From assembly GCA_964019335.1 (NCBI GenBank), contig OZ025667.1, positions 620,001-684,000 of the forward strand: a stretch of DNA of 64,000 bases, read 5' to 3'. This stretch comes from Diplonema japonicum (lineage: Eukaryota; Protista; Euglenozoa: Diplonemea). The notes below the pieces were generated by a model. It was not told the DNA's origin, searched no databases, and saw only the letters and a program-made list of their open reading frames with translations. Positions 56,443-64,000 of the stretch are shown here, piece after piece; the stretch's first letter is position 1, and each line of letters starts with the position of its first letter. Both the position numbers and the translations under genes were made by a program.

Positions 56443-57401
56443 AACAGAAAAAAGTGAACCAAAAAGTACTAGTGAACCCTCTCCCCCTCCCCCTGTGTTT
56501 CCCATTATTACCCTGTCGTGCACCCCAACTTCTGTCTTCACCTTTCCCCGCCCCTTCACACATCCCCCCGTATCATTTCCCTTTGTTTTGAATTTTCTAA
56601 GGCTCCGCCGCCCAACAAAGCTGGCTGAAGGGGATGCCTCCGTGCCAGTGTGCCGCTCGTGAGGGCGAGCACGGACGAGGTACCCCACTCCTCAAAAACC
56701 CGGAGGTTCGCCCGAAGGGTGCTGGCTTGGGAAGCGGGCTGGAGAGCTGCCGGGGTCACGGAGGTGGGCGAAGTCGCGAACACTGGAGCCCACGAACCGG
56801 CCCCACCTCCGTCCTCGGTACGTATGGATAGTTTAGCGGAAGTTTCAAGGTTATCACATTCCTTTCCTTTCCCCCTTTCGTTAGATACAGGGAGACCCTT
56901 GGTCCACCTGTTCTGTCCCCCCCCCCAGCCTTTGCTTCGCACGTCAGTGGTTCATTTATTATTATTTATTATTATTAAAATTGGGCGTGGGATCGATCGT
57001 GGTCTAGTTGGTTAGCGCATGGGGAAGCCTTCTAGTAGCGTCGGTTCAATTCTCCCAGCAGCCCGTTAGGCTAAGGCCGTCTCTGGAACAACTACCATGT
57101 CGGCGTGGGGCTGAACAACGCAGGCCGGACCTGAAGCGAAGTCGATATGGAAGCTGCTGGAAAAAAAAAAAAAATTGGGCGTGTAGCGGACGTATCCAAG
57201 CGGTTAAGGAGGTGCACTCGAAATGCATTGGGCTCTGCCCGCGCAGGTTCAAATCCTGCCGTCCGCGGTTTTTTTTTCTTCTGTTTTTTCTTTCTTCCAC
57301 TTCTGCAGGATTTGAAACGACATGGTGTTCAATCGCTTGTTCGCGTCTGTGCTCCGACATACAAGGAAGAAGTCGTGCGGAATCATGGCATTGAGGTTTA
57401 T
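46610..57401 (+). CDS. PRL/PTP4A-type protein tyrosine phosphatase, exons 1-2 (remaining exons beyond window)
   Basis: Exon 1 46610-46732 (MSTLE...RFLILTAPSPSNLSLYIK), donor GTATGT, acceptor CTGCAG, exon 2 57309-57401 (DLKRHGVQSLVRVCAPTYKEEVVRNHGIEVY), donor GTATGT at 57402. Matches PRL RFLIT..P....L..FIEELKKYGVTTIVRVCEATY. Confidence 0.85.
46761..46842 (-). tRNA. tRNA-Ser(CGA)
   Basis: Acceptor stem GCGGACG/CGTCCGC with G73, anticodon arm GTGCA-CTCGAAA-TGCAT, long variable arm, GGTTCAAATCC and a downstream T-run. Confidence 0.95.
46949..50750 (+). mobile_element. 5'-truncated non-LTR retrotransposon, family A (RT-RNase H-CCHC)
   Basis: YRPICL, QGSVLGP, YADD, YLGV, RNase H YTDGS/CTDS/HCGVPGNEAAD and CPAC..H...C. 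About 700-bp 3' UTR with poly(A); bounded by AATTGGGCG. Confidence 0.93.
50758..50794 (+). other. Retrotransposed spliced-leader (SL) exon relic
   Basis: CCAACGATTCTAAAGCTACAGTTTCTGTACTTTATTG contains the euglenozoan SL core ACAGTTTCTGTACT(T/A)TATTG. It is not followed by a GT donor. Confidence 0.9.
50829..52049 (+). CDS. Family B ORF1 (coiled-coil protein)
   Basis: ATG after an A-run about 35 nt downstream of the SL; long E/K/R heptad region. Confidence 0.75.
   Translation: MSSDKMTKPSKAGASKGPLPDGSEPDQDPPQLVLQTTEVVIRKTPPETTPKTKPTRKHYDAVVAPLAPKPTWAAFIAQAGLGKSMRFDGVLGTIVTTGTPPLQSYSVRDGDTTHKVVFEEQKGSFKRKLPGGSRRGTKIDFRREFGGASWSQVWELADEKEGRKKKAREEKGAKAAKRKAEAREREEKLEARIQALESAEKEEGGGMEDDWGWREAMDRRIAELEQAREQAGLWEKACERKVEEVEMRRVRTDERTEELNRRVGLVEGELGGLRGEISSLKASSERTERSVEELKQGMNRLLIHLTTGAPPPGTSEEADGSPEQRGHVPSTDGADEGTDTPDCPRHAATPERKGTVAPLCYDTPPPAERLVGVATTRQTTLHTTPSQTTPLHKVNPPVKRKVEGQY
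52033..56358 (+). CDS. Family B ORF2 polyprotein: 2A peptide, APE endonuclease, RT, RNase H, CCHC
   Basis: GDIEANPGP; SLNVRSL, LQET, GDMNAH and SDH; QGTILAP and YADD; YTDGS, CSDS and HCGLPGNEQAD; CLSC..HLLIGC. Uninterrupted for 1441 codons; real start unknown. Confidence 0.93.
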   Translation: MKASTKGRAISFNTPFTPFPTPSLTPCPYSQTPNTTPHLNEDEVLPSLSSPGSWGDRKGSTSSPHHHPSSFPLSTHNSSPNKHSQTPVTGDEVLPSIQRPGPRGDHTGNLHIRRNPAASGPHGKHLLSCGDIEANPGPTTEKTTRVEHSLPPVPSTSSLSQAHSNTAPPPNNINVLSLNVRSLTVSTTAQLLKGIETHNIDVLLLQETFLRPSKDITGVFTGFKAYRRDRTRPVKRGKQISGGGLVTLVRESIPSKQIEVLQKPSDVTERLDVEISLPNRKPYRLVNLYLPPTTGRDGDDRPPPEKYFRPAELPHDSYTIIAGDMNAHHTMWDKRGTPNKLGEILHSWMLRWGYSTWNKSSEATILNPSGNPTSPDMVMSGAEFDKSSWRTLPAMGSDHVPMFFSLRGGVSQPTRRVLYSWGKEARSAYRETMEEKCSRLLRARDPIRLNAEFRTLLLSATESCVPRKGQKKGKVWWNDEIDALARRRSTLKAKLLSEDHDGNDEDLARLAAMEAELDRAITSGKQAAWGDYTKKLSKDGNLTQAFSVIRRFDGRSEKPPIAPLRRGNGIATTDREKASVLVEHYARACSPRTTAKSEEVITTIKKDAKPGTDNDFPLVTKDELDSVLRRLKKGKAPGPDGIYNEMLKYLGPVAREVQLLLYNSSLQTGVVPAEWRRSSIIPLMKKGKDQSEPASYRPIALTSNIVKTLERIVKDRMCFLQDTGRVRQLHTSQAGFRKGRSTEENVLYAASKLKSVRLSQGLGGLLLFDFKGAFDTVWHKGVIAKLIGDGYPPKLVKWITSFLDQRKASVCVNGEHGCVKTMTGGVPQGTILAPQLFSIYVNDLARLYRKAGIDAVVYADDIAIVLEAGSPAELNKKVQRAVSLTERWCETFSMKLSQEKTEFMPVEGQFWNSHDSLANLINARFPSSGAKVKVVREAKYLGVTFDESMNFHEHVQKVKGKINSRLRLLRKLAGTRWGCRKHTLRTLYLTYVQPVLRYCLGAYGNFVGHAALAEFDSLQYTAARLITGCFDKTSATVTRSEAGIWEIESLLEHDTLVLYEKAQRQPGTTAEKATKISGGQMWYGKSWRNTALDLAKSHGMPEREDLPHHSVTQSADLQLPPWVQPKVLFHPDLVRKVHKKDEKSLKLRAAFESIRRHGIPDVIVYTDGSVTGHRNGGSAAVIRIGSDTPKQARKSGGAVTSAYRCELKALNLGLQWTLYHTRRQGVTTGVVLLCSDSQSVIRRLMQGHREMRQKEELLAWKWLDALDRQGLSTIIQYVPGHCGLPGNEQADRHAKRAAKESTPDGPTDLMTTKSLIKRSVNRDWAASWEKTGRDKKYREEIGARYLPLKELSCRHDEVQITRLRTGRSHLTCGFLSKPVQNDLRCLSCHSIQDRHHLLIGCPAGDKVREEIFGDDIPTTTKEMLTMRVSETASYLKRMDLI
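56990..57174 (+). mobile_element. tRNA-derived SINE
   Basis: A box TGGTCTAGTTGG, B box GGTTCAATTC, no closable cloverleaf, body enclosed by CCAGCAGC/GCTGCTGG, poly(A) and flanking direct repeat AATTGGGCGTG. Confidence 0.8.
57186..57267 (+). tRNA. tRNA-Ser(CGA)
   Basis: Same cloverleaf as 46761-46842 with 2 differences in the D arm; T-run terminator follows. Confidence 0.95.
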
Positions 57402-57489
57402 GTATGTACCGAGTTGTTTAGCTTTGTTTCCATTTATTATTTTGTGCATGGATTTTAAAGAAAGGCTCGATTGAAATAATGTGAAATAA

Positions 57490-60400
57490 TACGCACACAC
57501 GCGCCAAGCAATTGTAAAGGACAACGCCGCCGCCAGGGCGAAGCGCACGCGCGAGGAGGTGGAGAGGAAGCGCGCAGAGGGGGTCACGCCGGTGGTGACA
57601 CCCTCCCCCGGGCAGGGGAAGAAGGCGGCCAGAAGGGCCAGACAGAAGGCAGCAGCTGCTGACGCTGCCACCGCCGCCGCTTCGGGCTCCGACGACTCTG
57701 TCGTCTTAATTAGCGAGTCGCCGGGCGTTGCCACCTCGTTCACGGTCGACACGCCAGAGGTCAGGAGGGCGAGGATGAGGACTGCTGCCGCCGACACCAC
57801 TGCTCCTGCACCTGCTGCTGCCAACACCACTGCTCCTGCACCTGCTGCTGCCGACACCACTGCTCCTGCACCTGCTGCTGCCGACTCCCCTGCTCCTGCG
57901 CCTGCTCCAGCCTCTACTGCAGCCGTGTGGTCTACTGCCGTCCTCACTGCCGCTGCCTGCGACACCGCCCTCCCCATGTCGGACTCTGACACCGACGAGA
58001 AGAACACGGCCCCCGCTCCCGCACCGGCCCCGGAGCCTCACTGGGATCTGGTCCCCGACACGTGGGACGCCCCCATCTACACCAACACTGCTCCCCCTGA
58101 GGAGGTGCCCCGCGCCGTCGTCGCTCTCGACGACCTCCAGCAGGTGGACGCGATTCGCACTGCGAGGCCCACGGCCTCCCTGACCTTCGTCCTCTTGACG
58201 GAGGTTGCCGGTTCGACCACCCCATGCACCGTCATCGTACTCGCCGGCCAGCGTGCCGTGCACAAGGCCGTGCACACCTTCTCGGTCGGGTCGAACCCCC
58301 CCTCCTACACCCCACTCGCTTCTTTTGATGGCGGCTCTGAGGTAGTGTACGTCAGCGTGAAAGCTGACAGCGTGAACGCGGCGAAGGCCAGGGTTCGGGA
58401 CCTCGTCGCGACCCAGGGCGTGGCGGTGGAGGAGCAGGCGATCTTCCGCCCGAAGAAGATCGACGGGAACGAGCCGCGGGCGCGGCACTGGAGCCACGAG
58501 GTGGGCCTCGGGCGACGGCTGCATGGTCAGGACGACCGAGCGGCGCGGGGGGTACACCTACGTGCCCATCGTAGCGGAGGGGAGGGCGGAGGCCTTCCAG
58601 CTGGCGAAGGCACTGGGCGGGTTGTCCCTGGGGGTGGCCCATCGCAAGGGTTGGACCGTGAGGTGCCTGCCGGAGACGGAGCAGCGTCTGAGGGAGGCCC
58701 TCGCCAAGCAGAGGACAAAGCGTCGGTACCTGCTCACCGGAGCCCCGCTATCTGTTACCAGGGCAGCCTTCGACGGGATGATGGACCACATCGGTTGGAA
58801 GCCGTCGTCCATCAATCCGTGGTCATCTCCACCGAGCTCGGTTGCCCCTCCGCCACTTGGCACCGTGACTCCGGTCTCCTCTGCGGCTTCCCCGACCACG
58901 ACACCTCCCCGTGACTCCCAGAAGAAGAATCCCGCACCGGAACCTGAGGTCCCGGCGCTCCTCGCGCTGATCCAGTCGATGCAGGCGACCATCGACGGTC
59001 TGCAGGCGACGGTCCGCGACCTCCAGGAGAAGATGGCAGCGTCACTTGGCGCGCCGGCGCCATCTGCAGACGGTGCTGGGCGGACGGCAGTTGCTGGGAA
59101 GGGCAAAGGCGGCAAGGCAGGGTCCAAGGCAGGGACGAAGGGGCACCAGGCGCAGGGCGTAAGCACGCCAGGCCCCTACCCGACATCGACGGAGCAAGGG
59201 GGCGGAAGGGGACGCGCCCAGTCGCTGGCTGGCGACTCTGCTACCCCCAACGGGGTCGGCCGTGGACGGGCAGCCTCTGTGGGTCCGGCCCCCGCCCCTG
59301 CCAATTGAAGGGGACCCGCTGAGCAGGGGGGGCGGCAGATCGACGACCACGCCCCCTCTCCTGGTCTCCCGCGCATACAGCCGAGGAGACACCTTCCACA
59401 TCACTTGTACGACGTCCTCCCTTCCTTGATCCCTTCCTTACTTGAACGGATGTCGGCCAGGGACCTGCTGGGGCTGCTTGGGCTGGTTGAGACGAACCCC
59501 GGTCCACCTAAGAAGCTCCCACCCCCGAAGCCGAAGGGACTCAGGGTCCTGTCCTGGAACTGCAACGGTCTTGCCGCCAAGTGGTCAACCGTGTCCTACC
59601 ACGCTGTCCTACTGACGCTGGATATCATTATGATCCAGGAGACACACCTTAGGGAGGGGCATGAGACACCATACCTGCCTGGATACACGTCCTACAGGAG
59701 GGACCGCACAACACCGGTGACGGACGGCTCTGCGACGAGAGGCGGTGGTGTCATCACGTATGTCCGTGACTGCCTTGCCTCGGAGGAAGCTCCTTTCGTA
59801 CTCCCTGAAGGTGACAGTGTCACTGAGCGATTAGACGTGAGGATCTCCTGTGTGAAGCGCGTCCCGGTCACCCTCTCCAACGTGTACCTCACGCCTGTGA
59901 GTATAAGCAGAGGAACAAGGGACCCCGAGTACCTACGGCCGGGCAGCCTACCTGTGGGGAAGAACACGATCGTTGCTGGCGACTTCAACGCACACCACAG
60001 CTCTTGGGATGCCAACCGACGAGCCGACGCGGGACTCACCGCCACGCGTTCTGGACCTGGTGGTGGGACGTTGTGCGGAACTGGAGCCGAGGACGTTGGG
60101 GACGTGGGGCTCTGATCACAGCCCGGTTTCCTTCCACTTGCCGCTTGAGGACGCCTACTGCTCGGAGCGCCCCTGCCCTACCTGGAACTTCAAAAAGGCC
60201 AGGTGGGACGACTTCTCCGCGGCCGCTGCCGCCCTTCTGACCAAGATCGACACGAAGGGTCACATTGACTCCTTCACGAAGGAGGTAACAGAGGCTCTTC
60301 TGCATGCAGCTGACGACCACATTCCGCTTTGCGGAGTGCGACGAGGCCCGACCCCCTGGTGGACGGCCGAACTCGAAGACGCTTTCGAAGAACGGAACGC

Positions 60401-63400
60401 CCTGCGGGATCGCTTCCTCAAGTCGGCTGAGACAGAGGATGACAGCGTAGCGGCGGTGTACAAGGCGAAGGTCAAAGAGGTGAATCAACTCTTGACCGAG
60501 TCGAAGCGCGCGGCCTGGGGTGAGATGGCGGCTGACCTCAGTCGGAGCAAGGACCTCGGGTCTGCGTTTAGGGCGGTGAAGAAGCTGGACGACACCGCAG
60601 ACCGCACCTTCCCATTCTCGAGGGGAGGTTCGTGACGGACAAGGCGAAAGCCGACCGCCTGGGGGCTCACTTCGGCAAGCTCTACGGCCAGGGTGGTGAT
60701 GGGGACGCGGCGGACGTAGCTCCTTCGACGAACGTGCTTGGGTGCCACGCCTTTACGGTGTATGATCTCACCCGCGGTCTGGGAAGGATGAAGACACGCA
60801 GTGCAGCGGGTGATGATGGCATCTTCGCGGAGATGCTTCTCCACCTCGACTAGCCCTCGCTCGGGGTTCTACTTCTGCTCCTCAATCGCTCATGGCAGGC
60901 GGGGATTGTGCCGGGTGCCTGGAAGAAGGGGGTGATTGTTCCAGTGGCGAAGGCAGGGAAGGACGCCACGTTGCTTGCATCGTACCGTCCCATATGTCTC
61001 ACTAGCTGTCTTTGTAAGCTGCTTGAGAGGATGATAGAGGAGAGGCTTACCTTTCTCCTAGACTCTAGCGCGTCGGGCGTTGAGGGTCTCCACGATAGCC
61101 AGGCTGGCTTCAGGAGGGGCCGCTCCACGGAGGAGCAGGTGGCGTCCCTGACCGGGTGTCTGTCGAGGAACAAAGACAGTCGGCGTCTGTCGGCTGCCCT
61201 GCTGTTTGACTTCTCATCTGCGTTTGACCTGGTTCAGCACGAAGCTCTCCTGGGCATGATGCGGAGGAAGGGGATCCCTGAGCCCTTCGTCGAATGGACG
61301 CGCTCCTTCCTCTGCGGTCGTACGGCGGCGGTCACGGTGGGTCGTTCGCGAGGGTCGACGACGAAGGTGAGGAGAGGGGTGCCCCAAGGGTCTGTGCTGG
61401 GACCCGTCCTTTACACCATCTACGTCGACGAGCTAGCCAGGTTGCTGGTTGGGATGGCGGACCTGTCGGTTCTTTATGCCGACGATGTTGCGGTGGTGGT
61501 CTCAGCCGGGCAGGGCGACCTGGCTGGTCTTGAGCGAGGGGCCCAGGCTGTGATGGACGCGGTTGAGGGCTGGTGTGGGAGACGGGGCATGCTGCTGAGC
61601 TCCAGCAAGTCGCAGGCAGTGTGCGTTCCCTATCAAAAGCGGCTTAAAGTCTACTTCTCTTCGTCGCGTGTCCCGCTTTGCCCGGGGGCCTTCCAGGACC
61701 CTGTCCTTAACCTTGGGGTTGGGGCCTGTGGGACCTTGTCTGGCGTCCGTGAGCTGTCTGGCTTTCGGGTCGTGGAGGCGGGTGGCAAACGGTCCTTCGA
61801 CATTCCCGCTGCCATCCGGAGGTCCGACATTGGTTACATGGCGGCTCGCCCCCTACCTCTGTGTGGGTCGGCGAAGTATCTTGGGGTCACTGTAGACTCT
61901 GGGCTCACGTTTGACGAGCATGCGGGGGATGTCCTGAAGCGCGCTGACAAGAGGCTGAGGGTTCTAAGGCTCCTGTCGGGCACGGCCTGGGGGTGCAAGA
62001 AGGCCACGCTCCGATCTCTGTACCTCCGTACGTTCTCCCGCTACTCCGGTACTGCATGGGTGTTTACTTTGCCAGGCTCAGGGACAGCAGGGTGGAGGAG
62101 CTTGTCGGGCTCCACCAGAGAGCGGCGGTGCTGATCTCGGGTTGTTGGCACGGCTCGGGCACGGCGAAGGTTGTTGCTGAGGCAGGACTGCTACCCCTCC
62201 GACAGATGGCTGAGGGAGCTGCGGCGGTGTTGACGGCGAAGTCGTTCTGCTGGAGGACCTCCCCGGTTCACCGCGAGGTCCTTGAGCAGAAGCGGATGAC
62301 CGGTATGGGCAATGGGTGGCTGCGTGCGGGTATCCTTGCGCTACGGCGCTGCGGACTGCAGGGATGGACGACGCAGGAAGGCTTCAGGAAGTACGACACC
62401 TTCGAGCTACTCACTGCCTCGCCCAAAGTAGCACCGTGGCATGCGATCCTGGTGGAGTTCAGAACTGCCCTTCCCGGCAGGGTCACGCGTTCGTCGCCGG
62501 ACGTGGATAAGCGGAAGGCGGCCGTGGAGGCTCTGGCTGCCCTTCCACCGGGTATCCATGCCTATACGGATGGTTCTGTCGTACGGGACCGCCAGAGGTG
62601 GAGGGGCGGTGCCGGGGTCTACTTGCAGCTCCCCCGCCCCCACGAACCCGTGTCCGAGAGCTTCGGCGTCAGCAATTTCTGCTCTTCCTTTCGGGCGGAG
62701 GGTCTGGCTGTCAAGGTGGCTCTGGACATGGTGGCTGCGCTCCGGAGCGAGCACCCCACGTTGGCAGACAGCCGGCTGTCGATCTGTACCGACTCGCTCT
62801 CTCTCCTTGATCAGCTGAGGGCAGGTCCTTCGCGGCAGAGGGAGAAGCTCGACCACGAGACCTGGGAACTGCTGCTGGCCGCGGCACGTGCGCAAGGTGC
62901 ACCAGTCATTCTCCAGTTTGTGCCGTCCCACTGCGGGGTTCCTGGCAACGAGGCGGCAGACAGGCTGGCCGGGGGAGGCACGAAGCGCGAGCTGACTCGC
63001 CCCTCTCTCGACTACAGGTCGGTCAGGGCCCTGGTCCGTCGCCAGATTCAGCAGAGGTCTGCGGTCATTGTCGGGGAGGTGGCCCCGAGGTACGCGAGGG
63101 CCACGGGGCTCCGAGCGGCGTGCTTCCCCCAGTCCCTCCCCAGGCTAGCGGAGACGGTCATCTCGCGGCTGAGGGTAGGGCACTCGGCTCTCTTCTTTGG
63201 CTTCCTGCAGGCGGCTGGACCGAACAGGAAGAAGGCTGAGCTCAGCTGTCCAGCGTGTGGAGCACAGATGTCCAGGGAGCACGTTGTTGGGGGGTGCGCT
63301 GTGGTTGGACGGGGTTCGCTCGACGCTCCCAATGGACGCCCCTCGCTGGTGGAGTGCCTGTCAAAACGCGTGACGCAGGTATTCACCCTTATCGCCGACT

Positions 63401-64000
63401 CTGGCTTGCTTGACTGGGCCAGATCCGGGGTCTTCACGTCGCCGTCTGCGGCAACAGCAGGTACCGCTGCCCCTTCGTTCATCCCGCCCCCGCCGGCTGT
63501 CTCCCTTGACGCCGGCCCTGCGGCCCCCGTGTTGCGCTGAAGTGAGTAGGGTGAGATCAACTTTTCAATTCTTTTAGTGCTTACGTTCCCTTCCCTTCTC
63601 TTTTCTTATGTTATCATCATCATCCGGCGTCTGGCCTTTCTCTTACCAGTATGCCCGTCCCCACTTTTAAATTTTTAAATTTTTAAAATTAACATCCTCT
63701 TGTTGCCGTGTGCCCTGACATTGTAGTCAAAAACGGATGGCCCGACCTACTCTGAAGTTGCCCTGATGAGTCCTCTCATCTTCGCACGAACGAGTGTGGT
63801 ACGGCCATCCCCTCCCCCCGCCTGCCGGAGTGCAGCGGGGAGAGCAAATACTTCCCCTATCATCCCCATGCGCACACGCACGCTCGCTTCCCCTTTTGAT
63901 TTTGAGAGATTTTACTCTCACCCTTTCATGTTTCGCTCAATGGAGCAAATCCCTCTCGAGGGGGCGACCGGGGCCAGTTCCGGTCACCAGAGGTCCCAGT
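57490..64000 (+). mobile_element. Near full-length but disrupted non-LTR retrotransposon, family A (continues past window)
   Basis: Frameshifted ORF1 to 59308, 2A-like GLVETNPGP, APE (SWNCNGL, IQET, GDFNAH, SDH), RT, RNase H and CCHC to 63540. Nearly identical to 46949-50510. Confidence 0.93.
57784..57905 (+). repeat. 30-bp tandem repeat (about 4 copies) in family A ORF1
   Basis: GCTGCYGCCRACACCACTGCTCCTGCACCT encodes AAADTTAPAP. Confidence 0.85.

Larger units (their letters stand above)
50758..56980 (+). mobile_element. Full-length non-LTR retrotransposon, family B (Ingi/I-group-like)
   Basis: SL, ORF1, intact ORF2, A-run at 56404-56440, structured 3' segment and (TTA)n tail; bounded by AATTGGGCG. 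Confidence 0.92.

Noticed and set aside
56990-57060. Third tRNA gene
   Set aside because: A and B boxes are present but no acceptor or anticodon stems form; poly(A) and flanking direct repeats fit a SINE better.
57054-57160. HDV-like or hammerhead ribozyme in the SINE body
   Set aside because: I could not build the P1.1/L3 pseudoknot or the CUGANGA/GAAA core.
63760-63795. Hammerhead ribozyme (CTGATGAG...CGAA)
   Set aside because: No GAAA or proper stem II/III. The other copy reads CAGATGAG, and the segment is a simple GATGAG/CTCATC hairpin.

Overview
Eukaryotic nuclear DNA, most likely from a diplonemid (Euglenozoa). Evidence: a near-complete diplonemid-type spliced-leader (SL) sequence at 50758-50794, a paraflagellar-rod-family gene, about 27 protein genes all on the + strand, short GT-AG introns and homopolymer-rich spacers. 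Positions 1-46.5 kb are mostly housekeeping or hypothetical genes. They include two near-identical Hsp60 copies whose second intron holds 2 or 4 tandem box C/D snoRNAs, a foldback/MITE-like element and retroelement relics. The main result is at 46.6-64 kb. A PRL-type phosphatase gene has a 10.6-kb first intron with two divergent tRNA-Ser(CGA) genes. Between them, three different retroelements sit head-to-tail, each bounded by the same target AATTGGGCG(TG), whose last copy ends 2 bp upstream of one tRNA. They are a 5'-truncated LINE (family A), an intact LINE (family B) that begins with a reverse-transcribed SL, and a tRNA-derived SINE. Both LINE families encode 2A-like peptide-APE-RT-RNase H-CCHC polyproteins. 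A second family-A copy fills intron 2 and runs off the window. All family assignments come from motif recognition by eye; no searches were run.
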